DNA of 58,356 bases from an uncultured Clostridia bacterium (GCA_947302045.1 CAMYUQ010000002.1:1-58356), one strand, 5' to 3'; shown: positions 34,331 to 43,605, numbered from the stretch's first letter. Translations and numbers: made by a program. The notes: generated by a model not told the origin, from the letters alone.

Positions 34331-35094
34331 GTCTTTTCCTCCGTTTCATCGTTCGCAACCCTGCGCAGGATCGCCATCACCGAAAGTTCCAGCGCCAGAC
34401 TGAGCAGGATCACCGTGAGCGTCCATGCGTAAAGCTCCGGCACCTGAAAATACAGGTTCGCTTCCTTCATCTGTTCCCCGATATTGACGTTCGCAATGAT
34501 CTCCGCCGCGATCCCTGCCTTCCATGCAAGTCCCAGCGAGGTGCGTAGCGCAGAGAAGAAATACGGCCGCAGGGAGGGGAGCGTCAGGTATCTGATCCGC
34601 CGCCAAAAAGACATTCGGTATACCACGGTGACCTCTCCCAGTGTTTTCTCCTGTTTGCGTAGCCCTTCGTCCAGATTGCTCCACACCACAGGAAGCACGA
34701 TCAGAAAGGTGATGAAGGTGGGAACGCTTTTGCTCCCCACCCAGATGATTGCGAGCACGATAAAAGACGCCACCGGAGTTGCCTTGACGACCGTCATCAG
34801 CGGGAACAGAAGGTCATGCAAAAATCGCACGCGATAGGTCAGATACGCCAACAGGATCCCTGCAAAGACCGCGCGCAGAATGCCGCGTATGACGTTCCAA
34901 ACCGAGAGCGCCGTCACGCGGTAAAACGTGCGCGTTTGCAGAAGTTCCCCAAGCGTTTTGAAAACCCGCCCCGGGGAGGGCAGCAGCAACGGTTTTCCGA
35001 TCCGAAGGCAGATCAGCCACCAGACCGCCGCCCAAAAGACGAGCGGCAGAAGGAATCTGCCGACGGCGGTCAGCGTTCGTTTTGCTTTTTCCAT
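34327..35094 (-). CDS. ABC transporter permease (NitT/TauT family)
   Basis: 255 aa, 6 predicted TM segments. EAA-like loop LRTSLGLAWKAGIAAE. Overlaps both neighbours, so probably translationally coupled. Confidence 0.8.
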   Translation of the reverse strand: MEKAKRTLTAVGRFLLPLVFWAAVWWLICLRIGKPLLLPSPGRVFKTLGELLQTRTFYRVTALSVWNVIRGILRAVFAGILLAYLTYRVRFLHDLLFPLMTVVKATPVASFIVLAIIWVGSKSVPTFITFLIVLPVVWSNLDEGLRKQEKTLGEVTVVYRMSFWRRIRYLTLPSLRPYFFSALRTSLGLAWKAGIAAEIIANVNIGEQMKEANLYFQVPELYAWTLTVILLSLALELSVMAILRRVANDETEEKT

Positions 35095-36128
35095 TATTTT
35101 TGGTAGTAGAATCCGTCATCCGGCAATTTGCCGCCGATCGCGTTGGCGTTGATGCCCTGCAACACGGTCAGGTATGCCGTCATGGCTTGTTTCATCTCGG
35201 CGCCGTCCAGATAGGCGATATTGCACTTCGGAATGGCTTTCTCGGCAACTGCGGCTTTGGCAAACAGTCCGTGCTTTTCGATGAGCTGCGCCGCCTCCGC
35301 CGTGTTGGTATTCACATACTCCACAGAGGATTTGTAGGCGGTCAGAAAGCGTTCCACCGTTTCGGGATGCGCTTCCAGAAACGCTTTGCGAACGACCACG
35401 CAACCCTGCACCAGCGTTCCGGCGTGTCCTTCGAGTTTATCCCATTCGGCGGTCAGATCCATGAGATTGGTGACCGTGACGTCGTTCCCCTTTGCGGCGG
35501 CTGTGACAGCCGTCACTGCCGGTTCGGGAAGCACGACGACCGAAACGGTATCCTCACCGCCCGCAACGGTCGCTCCCTGCGCAAACCGCGCCTGCAACGC
35601 CGCCGCTTCGGCATAATCGTTTTTGATAGAAACGTCGGTTCCGACGGTCAGTCCGTTCGCTTCGCAGAGATGTTTGAGGATCATCGTCGGGTTCTGCGCA
35701 GGCGCATAGACGGTCTTGCCCGCAAGATCGGCGAAGGAGCGGATCTCGGTTCCGTCGTTGGTCAGCAGATACAGACATCCGAGCGTGTTGACTGCAAGAA
35801 TTTTGATCGCGCCGTCCGATACGTTGTAAACGGTGGAGGCGAGATTGGTGGGCAGGGCGGCGATATCCACGTCGCCGTTGACAAGCGCGGTACGCACTTC
35901 CACCGGGTCGGTTTTGACGGTCACTGTATAGGTTTCTTTTTCAAAAGCGTCGTTCGCGGCGTCTTCCATCAGTTTTGCCATACCGAAACCGGTGGTACCG
36001 TTGAGCGAATAGATGCGGACGGTTTGCTTGCCGTCCACGGTCGTTTCCATCTCCTGCTTTTTGCAGGAAGCGAGCGGCAAGAGGATGAGAAGAAGTGCGG
36101 TCAGAAGTGCCAAAAGTCGAAGTTTCAT
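35094..36128 (-). CDS. ABC transporter substrate-binding lipoprotein (NMT1/THI5-like, NitT/TauT family)
   Basis: Start set at MKLRLLALLTALLLILLPLASCKK (lipobox LASC, ATG 36128). The upstream extension of track ORF 35094..36362 was rejected. Confidence 0.7.
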   Translation of the reverse strand: MKLRLLALLTALLLILLPLASCKKQEMETTVDGKQTVRIYSLNGTTGFGMAKLMEDAANDAFEKETYTVTVKTDPVEVRTALVNGDVDIAALPTNLASTVYNVSDGAIKILAVNTLGCLYLLTNDGTEIRSFADLAGKTVYAPAQNPTMILKHLCEANGLTVGTDVSIKNDYAEAAALQARFAQGATVAGGEDTVSVVVLPEPAVTAVTAAAKGNDVTVTNLMDLTAEWDKLEGHAGTLVQGCVVVRKAFLEAHPETVERFLTAYKSSVEYVNTNTAEAAQLIEKHGLFAKAAVAEKAIPKCNIAYLDGAEMKQAMTAYLTVLQGINANAIGGKLPDDGFYYQK

Positions 36129-36166
36129 TGGTTTGTGTTCCTTTCTGAAAGTGGTTTTTGATACGG

Positions 36167-36832
36167 TCAACGGTAGGCGTTTCGCAAAATTTCGGGGTCT
36201 GGAAGAGTCCAATCTTTCCCGTCGCGTTTGAGGTAGCCGTCGGACTCCAAGCGGTCGAGCGCACGGTAAAGGGACGCGCGCCCGATGGCAAGCAGTTCCG
36301 AGAGATCCGAGAGCGAGATCGGCAGTTGTACTCTCCCCGCTCCGAGCGAGGAAAGATACCACGCGAGCCGCCGCTCCGCAGAACCGGCAGTCAAATATCC
36401 GATCTTGCGGTTGAGAAAACGGATCCGGCTTCCGAGAAACGCGATATAGTGTTCCCGAAACGATTCGTTTTCACCCAACAGCCGCCGCACGCCTGCTTCG
36501 GAAAGCAGGAAACAGCGGGTCGGTTTGACGGCGCGGATCTGGCTGACGAACGGATCGGTTGAGAACAGGTTGGCGATCCCGAACAGGTCCAGGTTTCCGA
36601 GGTAGCGCAAAAGAACCGAACGTCCGGCGTCGGGAGTCGTGACCGACGCTTTTCCGGACAGGATCAGCCCGGCCTGCGGACTCTGCAAAAGCAGTTCGCC
36701 CACCGCGAAGGATCTCAGCTCCGCCAGGCGTTCGGTGAGCAGCCCCCGCAAAACCGCTTCGTCCACGTCTGCAAAGAGCGGGTGCGATCGCACGCGGTTC
36801 AGTTCTCCGGATTCTTTCTTCTCCAAATTCAC
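36167..36832 (-). CDS. Crp/Fnr-family transcriptional regulator
   Basis: N-terminal cNMP-binding-like fold (HPLFADVDEAVLRGL...). C-terminal HTH SLSDLSELLAIGRASLYRALDRLESDGYL. Confidence 0.8.
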   Translation of the reverse strand: MNLEKKESGELNRVRSHPLFADVDEAVLRGLLTERLAELRSFAVGELLLQSPQAGLILSGKASVTTPDAGRSVLLRYLGNLDLFGIANLFSTDPFVSQIRAVKPTRCFLLSEAGVRRLLGENESFREHYIAFLGSRIRFLNRKIGYLTAGSAERRLAWYLSSLGAGRVQLPISLSDLSELLAIGRASLYRALDRLESDGYLKRDGKDWTLPDPEILRNAYR

Positions 36833-36845
36833 TTTTTGCCTCCAT

Positions 36846-36891
36846 TTGTATCATTTGATACAATTATAAACGATTTTTTGGAATTTGTCAA
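36846..36891 (-). promoter_or_regulatory. consensus promoter of the crp-ABC operon with an overlapping perfect palindrome (candidate operator)
   Basis: On the minus strand: TTGACA (36886-36891), 17 nt, TATAAT (36863-36868). Immediately followed by TTGTATCA-TT-TGATACAA (36846-36863). Confidence 0.6.
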
Positions 36892-36953
36892 GTGTTTTTT
36901 GGAAAATATATAAAAAAGACGCCGCGGAATGAGATCGGCGTCTCTTGCATTTT

Positions 36954-37541
36954 TTACAGTTTTTCTTTCAGCTTTTGTACCCTTTCGGCAAACGCCTTTT
37001 GGTTATTGGCAAAGAGATTGTTTCCCTTCGTGTCGATCGAGACGATCAGCGGACCGAATTCCTCAACTTCCATCTCCCAGAACGCTTCCGCCATGCCGAG
37101 ATCCGACCATTCAACGTCGCAGACCTTCCTGATCCGGTCGGCGGCGATGATGGCGCATCCGCCGGGGAATGCGCAATGGATCGCGCCGAACCGCTTGCAG
37201 GCGGCGGCGGTTTTTTCCAGCATTCCGCCCTTTCCGATCAGCATACGGACGCCTGTTTTTCCCAGAAATTCCGCCTCGACCGACTCCATTCTCCGGCTTG
37301 TAGTCGGCCCCGCGGAGATGACCGTGAAAGTGCCGTCCGGCCCGGTGCGCACGATCGGCCCGGCATGGTAGAGTGCGCCGCCGCGCAGGTCAAACCGTTC
37401 GGGTAAAACCTCTTCCTGCATAACGCGCCGGTGTCCGGCGTCGCGGCAGGTCGCCAGCTTTCCGGTCAGATAAACGGTGTCGCCGATTTTCAAATCCTTG
37501 ATCTGCTCATAGGTGATCGGCGTTGTGATGATTTTTTTCAT
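36954..37541 (-). CDS. Fe-S hydro-lyase beta subunit (class I fumarate hydratase / tartrate dehydratase type)
   Basis: Start at MKKIITTPITYEQIKDLKIGD (GGAGGAAG SD, ATGA overlap with the alpha subunit). GPTTSRRME and LIGKGGM motifs. Confidence 0.8.
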   Translation of the reverse strand: MKKIITTPITYEQIKDLKIGDTVYLTGKLATCRDAGHRRVMQEEVLPERFDLRGGALYHAGPIVRTGPDGTFTVISAGPTTSRRMESVEAEFLGKTGVRMLIGKGGMLEKTAAACKRFGAIHCAFPGGCAIIAADRIRKVCDVEWSDLGMAEAFWEMEVEEFGPLIVSIDTKGNNLFANNQKAFAERVQKLKEKL

Positions 37542-38431
37542 ACTTCCTCCCCGACGGTGTGCATGGTATAGCGCGCGTTCAGCCCCCGGTCGATCACGAT
37601 CCCGCCGCGCCGCGTTGCCCAGCAGCTTGTGGTAATGCCTACGCCAAGCGTTGCGGGGTGATGCCCGGCACATTCAACGTGAACGGCAAGAACGCTGTGC
37701 TTGCCTCCGAAGCCGAGCGGAGCAATTCCGATCGTATCGAGTTCCGCCTGCAATTCGCGTTCAAGCTGTGCGCCCCTCTCGTTCTCGCAATGCGTGCCGA
37801 TTTTGCGCAGGATGGCTTTTTTAGAAAGCATCGCGCTCGTCACGGCGCAAGTACCCAGCCCGATACCGACAAGAAGCGGCGGACAGGCGTTGACCCCCCA
37901 ATCAAGGATCGTATCGTAGACAAATTTTTTCACGCCTTCCATCCCTTCCAGAGGCATGAGGACCTTGCTTCTGCCGGGCAGTGAACAGCCGCCGCCCGCC
38001 GCGTAAAGCAGGATCGACAGACTATCCCCGTTCGGTTCGAGCTCCCATTCGATGTAGGGAGTTCCGTATCCGGTATTGTTTCCGGTGTTGCGCTCGCCGA
38101 GCGGTTCTACCACGTTCGGACGGAGCGGAACGCTCTCGGTGGCGCGCAGAGACGCTTCGCGGATGCAGTCCTCCACGCAGTCGATCAGCGGAAATCTCGT
38201 CCCGACTCTGACGAAGAATTGCAACATTCCGGTGTCCTGACAAATCGGGCGACGGTATGCCCTCGCCAGCTCGATATTTTCGAGCATACAACCGTAAAGG
38301 TTCTTCCCGACCGGATCTGTTTCGTCGGCGGCAAGCGTGCGAATACGCGCTTCCACGTCGTCCGGCAGCCGGATCGAAGCGGTTCTGATAAATTCGACCA
38401 AAAGCCGCGTTAGGATTTCCTTGTTTTCCAT
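37538..38431 (-). CDS. Fe-S hydro-lyase alpha subunit (class I fumarate hydratase / tartrate dehydratase type)
   Basis: 297 aa. PICQDTGM motif (cluster Cys), GGGCS. Confidence 0.8.
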   Translation of the reverse strand: MENKEILTRLLVEFIRTASIRLPDDVEARIRTLAADETDPVGKNLYGCMLENIELARAYRRPICQDTGMLQFFVRVGTRFPLIDCVEDCIREASLRATESVPLRPNVVEPLGERNTGNNTGYGTPYIEWELEPNGDSLSILLYAAGGGCSLPGRSKVLMPLEGMEGVKKFVYDTILDWGVNACPPLLVGIGLGTCAVTSAMLSKKAILRKIGTHCENERGAQLERELQAELDTIGIAPLGFGGKHSVLAVHVECAGHHPATLGVGITTSCWATRRGGIVIDRGLNARYTMHTVGEEV

Positions 38432-38458
38432 AGCGTCCTCTCAAAAGTTGATAGGTTT

Positions 38459-38487
38459 ATTATAGCATAGGTCTTGGAATTTTGCAA
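38459..38487 (-). promoter_or_regulatory. promoter of the fumarase operon
   Basis: On the minus strand: TTGCAA, 17 nt, TGcTATAAT. Confidence 0.55.
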
Positions 38488-38607
38488 GACGGACAATCGA
38501 TTTTGCAAAAAAGTTCGGGATCGGGGACGGCAGTTCAGAAGAATCCACGTGGAAGTTCCTGCCGCGCTCGTCAACTTGGGTGCATACATCCATAAAGTCC
38601 TCGCCCT

Positions 38608-38634
38608 AAAAAACCTGCCCCCGGCAGGTTTTTT
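38608..38634. terminator. bidirectional terminator downstream of the tRNA operon
   Basis: A5-aacctgcc-ccc-ggcaggtt-T6. Confidence 0.6.
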
Positions 38635-38680
38635 GCGCGGCTACGCCATGCGCCGGGCTGTCCGAATCCACTTTCAATAT

Positions 38681-38734
38681 CTCCCACCACAAATAACCCC
38701 GTCCAAAATTGGACGGGGTTATTTGTGGTGGGAG
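38681..38734. repeat. perfect 24-bp inverted repeat that includes the 3' acceptor end of tRNA-Tyr
   Basis: ctcccaccacaaataaccccgtcc-aaaatt-ggacggggttatttgtggtgggag. The inner part (aaccccgtcc/ggacggggtt) also serves as a terminator hairpin after the tRNA. Confidence 0.8.
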
Positions 38735-38811
38735 ATGGTGGATTCGGACCACCGAAGCTAAACAGCAACAGATTTACAGTCTGCCCCCTTTGGCCACTCG
38801 GGAAATCTCCC
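38726..38811 (-). tRNA. tRNA-Tyr (GTA), long variable arm, CCA encoded
   Basis: Reverse complement is GGGAGATTTCCCGAGTGGCCAAAGGGGGCAGACTGTAAATCTGTTGCTGTTTAGCTTCGGTGGTCCGAATCCACCATCTCCCACCA. Anticodon loop CTGTAAA. Confidence 0.85.
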
Positions 38812-38840
38812 ATATCGTGAGCCCACCGCTGTGGACTCAT

Positions 38841-38915
38841 TGGAGCTGGTGATCGGAGTCGAACCAACAACCTGCTGATTACAAATCAGCTGCTCTGCCA
38901 TTGAGCCACACCAGC
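38841..38915 (-). tRNA. tRNA-Thr (TGT), CCA encoded
   Basis: Reverse complement is GCTGGTGTGGCTCAATGGCAGAGCAGCTGATTTGTAATCAGCAGGTTGTTGGTTCGACTCCGATCACCAGCTCCA. Anticodon loop TTTGTAA. Confidence 0.8.
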
Positions 38916-38960
38916 GAACCGTTTGTTCGCTCGCGATCTCCTCGCTTTGGAACGCATTGT

Positions 38961-38989
38961 ATTATATCATATCCTCCTTCGTTTGTCAA
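38961..38989 (-). promoter_or_regulatory. consensus promoter of the tRNA-Thr/tRNA-Tyr operon
   Basis: On the minus strand: TTGACA, 17 nt, TATAAT. Confidence 0.65.
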
Positions 38990-39029
38990 CCCCTTTTTTG
39001 AAAAAATTGCTCCCATGCGCAAAAAAGAA

Positions 39030-39058
39030 TTGCTTTTTCGGCGAACTTATGCTATACT
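39030..39058 (+). promoter_or_regulatory. putative promoter of the DUF3737 gene
   Basis: TTGCTT, 17 nt, TGcTATACT. Confidence 0.45.
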
Positions 39059-39089
39059 GTTCCTGTAAATCTAAAATTAGGTGGAGAAC

Positions 39090-39962
39090 ATGAAAGAGAT
39101 CAGACAACAGGTTTTTACGGAGGAGCGCGCCTTATTCGGCGCTTCCGACCTTGCTATTTCCGATTGCAGTTTCGACGTTGGAGAATCCCCTTTGAAAGAA
39201 AGCCGGAACGTCACCATATCGGGCGGACTGTTTCGCTGGCGGTATCCCCTTTGGTATTCGCATCACGCGGTTGCCGATCACTGCGTCTTTTTTGAACCTG
39301 CCCGTGCCGGCGTCTGGTATTCCGATTCTGTCACCGTCCGCCATTCTGTCGTACAAGCTCCGAAATGCTTCCGCCGCTGTCGGGATCTCGTGCTGGAAGA
39401 CGTCTCTTTTCCGACCTGCCCCGAAACGCTCTGGGATTGCCGCGGCGTCAAACTCCGGAACGTGACCGCGACCGGCGATTATTTTGCCCTGAACAGCCTG
39501 GATATGGAGATCGAGAACCTCGATCTCAACGGAAAATACGCCTTTGACGGCGTTCGGAACGTCACCGTTCGCAATTCCCGCCTGATCACCAAAGACGTTT
39601 TCTGGAACAGCGAAAACGTGACCGTTTACGATTCTGTCGTCTCCGGTGAATACATCGGCTGGAATTCCCGGAATCTGACCTTTATCAACTGCACCGTCCA
39701 AAGTTTGCAGGGGCTTTGCTATATCGAAAATCTCGTATTGAAAAACTGCAAGCTGGACGGCACGACCCTTGCGTTCGAATATTCCACCGTCGACGCCGAT
39801 ATCACTTCCAGAGTTGACAGCATTCTCAACCCCCTGGGCGGCACGATCCGCGCCGATGCCATCGGCGAACTGATTCTGGAACCGGATCGAATTGATCCCG
39901 ACAAAACGATCGTGAAATGTGATCGGATTGAAAAACGGAGCGACCGACTGGTCTGGTCGTGA
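39090..39962 (+). CDS. DUF3737-family protein (predicted right-handed beta-helix)
   Basis: MKEIRQQVFTEERALFGASDLAISDCSFDVGESPLKESRNVTISGG... then repeated N[VL]T..N/D units. Matches my memory of the DUF3737 N-terminus (FTGERALF...GESPLKES). Start is ATG 39090 or GTG 39081. Confidence 0.65.
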   Translation: MKEIRQQVFTEERALFGASDLAISDCSFDVGESPLKESRNVTISGGLFRWRYPLWYSHHAVADHCVFFEPARAGVWYSDSVTVRHSVVQAPKCFRRCRDLVLEDVSFPTCPETLWDCRGVKLRNVTATGDYFALNSLDMEIENLDLNGKYAFDGVRNVTVRNSRLITKDVFWNSENVTVYDSVVSGEYIGWNSRNLTFINCTVQSLQGLCYIENLVLKNCKLDGTTLAFEYSTVDADITSRVDSILNPLGGTIRADAIGELILEPDRIDPDKTIVKCDRIEKRSDRLVWS

Positions 39963-39978
39963 TCGCATCTTTACATAA

Positions 39979-40022
39979 GGCAAGCCCCTGTCGGGTTCTC
40001 CGACAGGGGCTTGCCTTGTTTT
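39979..40022. terminator. bidirectional terminator between the DUF3737 gene and serA
   Basis: 16-bp stem ggcaagcccctgtcgg / ccgacaggggcttgcc, followed by a T-run. Confidence 0.8.
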
Positions 40023-40026
40023 TCTC

Positions 40027-41178
40027 TTACAGCACCCGAACCTTGATCATACCTTCGATCGCCCGGATCCTTTGGATCGCCTTCTCGGAGGGAGCCGACG
40101 TCAGATCCAGAATCGTGTAGGCGTTGTCGCCTTTCGATTTATTGGTCATGTTGTCGATGTTGATGCCTTCTTCCGAAAGCGGCGTGGTGATTCCCTGCAA
40201 CACAGCAGGAACGTTGGCGTGCAATGCGCAAATTCTCGCCGCGCCCGTTCGGGGAGAGGAAACGCTCGGGAAGTTGACGCTGTTGGTAATGTTTCCGTTG
40301 ACAAGATAGTCGTCGATCTGGCGTGCCGCCATGACCGCGCAGTTGTTCTCGGATTCTTCGGTCGACGCGCCGAGGTGCGGGATCGCCACCGTATGCGGCA
40401 GTTCCAGGACCTCTTCGGTCGGGAAATCGGTAACGTAAGCCGAAACTTTTCCGCTTTCAAGAGCGGCTTTCAGATCCGCCGCGTTGACCAGATCCGCCCG
40501 CGCCAGATTGATGAGTTTGACGCCGTCTTTCATCTTTGCGATGCTCTCGGCGTTGATCATCTGTTTGGTATCCGCCGTTGCCGGAACGTGCAGGGTGATA
40601 TAATCGGCGGTCGCGAATATTTCATCGAAGGTCGCGGCACGGCTGATATGGTGGTTGAGGTTCCACGCGCCCGCAACCGAGAGGAACGGATCGCATCCGA
40701 CAACTTTCATGCCGAGATGTACCGCCGTATTGGCAAGCATACCGCCGATCGCGCCCAGACCGATAACGCCGAGCGTCTTGCCGGCAAGTTCGGTGCCCGC
40801 AAATTTGGATTTGCCCTTTTCCACCTGCTTTGCAACGTCGGGAGCTTGCAGGGTCTTTGCCCATTCCACGCCTCCGACCACGTCACGCGCGGCGAGCAGC
40901 AATGCCAGAATTGCCAGCTCCTTCACGCCGTTTGCATTTGCGCCCGGCGTATTGAATACCACGATCCCCTCCTGCGAGCAACGGTCGATCGGGATATTGT
41001 TCACGCCCGCACCGGCGCGCGCGATGGCTTTGAGGTTCGGTCCGAACTCCATCTCGTGCATTGCCGCCGAGCGAACCAGAATACCGTCCGGATCGGCAAT
41101 CTCTTCTCCGATCGTGTAGCCGGTTCCCAGCTCGTCCAACCCGACTTTTGCGATCTTATTCAACAGTTGAATTTTCAT
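40027..41178 (-). CDS. serA: D-3-phosphoglycerate dehydrogenase with C-terminal ACT domain
   Basis: Start at MKIQLLNKIAKVGLD (ATG 41178). ARAGAGVNNIP, NAD-binding GVIGLGAIGG, and HLGAST catalytic His. The C-terminal ~70 aa are ACT-like. Confidence 0.9.
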   Translation of the reverse strand: MKIQLLNKIAKVGLDELGTGYTIGEEIADPDGILVRSAAMHEMEFGPNLKAIARAGAGVNNIPIDRCSQEGIVVFNTPGANANGVKELAILALLLAARDVVGGVEWAKTLQAPDVAKQVEKGKSKFAGTELAGKTLGVIGLGAIGGMLANTAVHLGMKVVGCDPFLSVAGAWNLNHHISRAATFDEIFATADYITLHVPATADTKQMINAESIAKMKDGVKLINLARADLVNAADLKAALESGKVSAYVTDFPTEEVLELPHTVAIPHLGASTEESENNCAVMAARQIDDYLVNGNITNSVNFPSVSSPRTGAARICALHANVPAVLQGITTPLSEEGINIDNMTNKSKGDNAYTILDLTSAPSEKAIQRIRAIEGMIKVRVL

Positions 41179-41204
41179 TGTTTTCACACCTTTCGTTTTC
41201 GGTC

Positions 41205-42296
41205 TCACGCCTTGGGATTTGCCGCGGCAAAATCCTTCATGAATTTCACGAGCGCTTCTACCCCTTCGTAGGGCATCGCGTTGTAGATCGACGCTCTCAT
41301 GCCGCCCACAGAGCGGTGACCTTTGAGATTTTTCAGCCCGTTCTTCGCCGCCTCGGAAGCGAACTTCTTATCCAGCTCGGCATCCCCCGTGACGAACGTC
41401 ACGTTCATCATCGAGCGGCTTCCTTTCTGCACGGGAGCAATATAATAGGATTGAGAATCGAGATAATCGTAGAGCAATTTTGCCTTCTTCTCGTTCATCT
41501 GCTTCATCACGTCCAGTCCGCCGAGCCCGAGGATCCACTCATACACGAGTTTCGCCATGTAGATGGTGTAGCAGGGCGGCGTGTTATACATGGAGCCGTT
41601 CTCCGCCATCGTTTTCCATTCAAGCATGGTGGGCATTTTCGGATCGGCGTATTCGAGCAGATCCTCGCGCACGATCACAAGTGTCAGCCCGGCAGGCGCC
41701 ATGTTCTTCTGCGCACCCGCATAAATTACGCCGAATTTGCTCACGTCAACCGGCTCGGAAATAATGCAGGAGGACATATCCGCCACGAGCGGGATATCTC
41801 CCACGTCGGGGATCTGCGGATATTTGGTTCCGTAGATCGTGTTGTTATAGCAGATATGGACGTACGCCGCGTCGGGACGGATCATATCCTTCGTCACGGT
41901 CGGAATATGATCGAAGTTATCCTCTTTGGAGGTTGCGGCGCAGACGACGTCAAAGCCCATCTTCTGCGCTTCCTTGAACGCCTTGCCCGAGAACTGACCG
42001 CTCACGATGTAGTCGGCCTTGCCGGTGCGCCCGATCAGGTTGAGCGGAACGGCCGCAAACTGCGTGGAAGCGCCGCCTTGCAGGAACAGCACCTTATAGT
42101 TGTCGGGGATCTGCATCAGCTTGCGCAAAAGCGCCTCCGCGTCGTTGATGATCGCTTCGTAATCCGGAGATCGGTGGGACATCTCCATGACCGACATTCC
42201 GCTGGTTCCGTAAGAGACCAGTTCGGACGCCGCTTTTTCCAGAACGGGAAGCGGAAGCATAGAGGGACCTGCCGAAAAATTGTAGACTCTGTTCAT
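41205..42296 (-). CDS. serC: 3-phosphoserine aminotransferase
   Basis: Start at MNRVYNFSAGPSMLP (GGAGGAAATT SD). GMSVMEMSHRS, YAGAQKNMAPAGL (PLP Lys) and HRSVGGMRASIYNA motifs. Confidence 0.9.
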   Translation of the reverse strand: MNRVYNFSAGPSMLPLPVLEKAASELVSYGTSGMSVMEMSHRSPDYEAIINDAEALLRKLMQIPDNYKVLFLQGGASTQFAAVPLNLIGRTGKADYIVSGQFSGKAFKEAQKMGFDVVCAATSKEDNFDHIPTVTKDMIRPDAAYVHICYNNTIYGTKYPQIPDVGDIPLVADMSSCIISEPVDVSKFGVIYAGAQKNMAPAGLTLVIVREDLLEYADPKMPTMLEWKTMAENGSMYNTPPCYTIYMAKLVYEWILGLGGLDVMKQMNEKKAKLLYDYLDSQSYYIAPVQKGSRSMMNVTFVTGDAELDKKFASEAAKNGLKNLKGHRSVGGMRASIYNAMPYEGVEALVKFMKDFAAANPKA

Positions 42297-42366
42297 AGTG
42301 AATTTCCTCCGGTTTTGATATAAATTCAAACTTGTCTGTCATTTTTTTAACAGATAGATTGATATT

Positions 42367-42395
42367 ATTATAGTAGATTCGCGGGAATCTGTCAA
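42367..42395 (-). promoter_or_regulatory. consensus promoter of serC-serA
   Basis: On the minus strand: TTGACA, 17 nt, TATAAT. Confidence 0.6.
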
Positions 42396-42500
42396 GACTT
42401 TTTCAAGAAATCGGCATTTTTTCCAATAATTCCCGTTCTGCCGCCGATTTGTTTTCGCATTTTACCATAAATGCAGGATCGAAAATCGAAAATTGCAAAA

Positions 42501-42533
42501 ACAGGTCTGCCCGCGCGCGGCAGGCAGACCTGT
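42501..42533 (-). terminator. rho-independent terminator after mreB
   Basis: acaggtctgcc ... ggcagacctgt stem, followed on the minus strand by TTTTTG. Confidence 0.7.
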
Positions 42534-42544
42534 TGATCCTCTGT

Positions 42545-43558
42545 TTATTTGACTTTGTAACGTATGAATTCCGAAAAATCGCCGCCTGTTGTGCGCAGCA
42601 TCTTCCCGAGCCCGATGCTGGCGCATTCCATCGGTCTGGGCGCAACCATGACCCGCACGCCCATCTGCCCCGCGATCAGCTCGGCAAGCCCCGGCAGGAG
42701 CGATCCGCCCCCCACCATCACGATGCCCGTTTCAAAAATATCGGCCGAAAGTTCCGGCGGCGTTTCTTCAAACGTCCGTTTTACCATCGTAACGATCTCG
42801 GTGATCGGTTCTCTGATCGCCTCATAAATATCCGCCGTTCTGATCTCGCGCGTTGCCGCCGTATGGGTTCTGGAATCCAGCCCCGAAACCGTCATGGTTC
42901 CTCGGTCGAGCGTGGGATCGGCGGCGCCGAGCCGCAATTTCAACCGCTCAGCGGATATTTCACCGATGTGGATATGATGCGTCCGTTTGAGGTGCGCGAC
43001 GATTGCCTGATCGAGCGAATCTCCCGCCGTTCGGAGCGAGGTGGATTTGACAATGCCGCCCAGACTGATGACCGACGCTTCCGAAATGCCGCCGCCCAGA
43101 TCCACCAGCATGGCTCCGCGCGCGTTGGATACCCGGATCCCGGCACCGACAGCCGCCGCGATCGGAACGTCGATCAGCCCCACGTTTCGCGCGCCCGCTT
43201 CAAAAACCGCGTCCTCTACTGCCCGGCGCTCCACGTCGGTCACTTCAAACGGGATCGTGACAAGCGCAGACGGACGGTTGAAAAAGGACACCAGATCCAG
43301 CTTTTCAAAGAAGCTCCGCAACATCAGCGACGTTGTCTGCACGTCTGTGATCACGCCGTTTTTCAGTGGGCGGAGCGCGCGAATATCCGCCGGTGTTTTT
43401 CCGAGCATTTTCTTTGCCCGCAAGCCCGAAGCCAACACCTCACGGGTCACCTTATCCAAGCTGACCACCGTGGGTGCGCGCATCGCGAGCTTTTCTTTAT
43501 CCTTAACCGCGATCATCGTGGTCGAGGTTCCCAAATCGATCCCGATCTGCTTCGACAC
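42545..43558 (-). CDS. mreB: rod-shape-determining actin homologue MreB/Mbl
   Basis: IGIDLGTSTT, LKNGVI, DLGGG and MVGGGSLLPG motifs. Start moved to GTG 43558 (AAGGAG 7 nt upstream) rather than the TTG at 43579. Confidence 0.85.
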   Translation of the reverse strand: MSKQIGIDLGTSTTMIAVKDKEKLAMRAPTVVSLDKVTREVLASGLRAKKMLGKTPADIRALRPLKNGVITDVQTTSLMLRSFFEKLDLVSFFNRPSALVTIPFEVTDVERRAVEDAVFEAGARNVGLIDVPIAAAVGAGIRVSNARGAMLVDLGGGISEASVISLGGIVKSTSLRTAGDSLDQAIVAHLKRTHHIHIGEISAERLKLRLGAADPTLDRGTMTVSGLDSRTHTAATREIRTADIYEAIREPITEIVTMVKRTFEETPPELSADIFETGIVMVGGGSLLPGLAELIAGQMGVRVMVAPRPMECASIGLGKMLRTTGGDFSEFIRYKVK

Positions 43559-43605
43559 CGGCGTTTCTCCTTTTCGCAAAAATAAAAATAATGAATGTGC
43601 TGATT

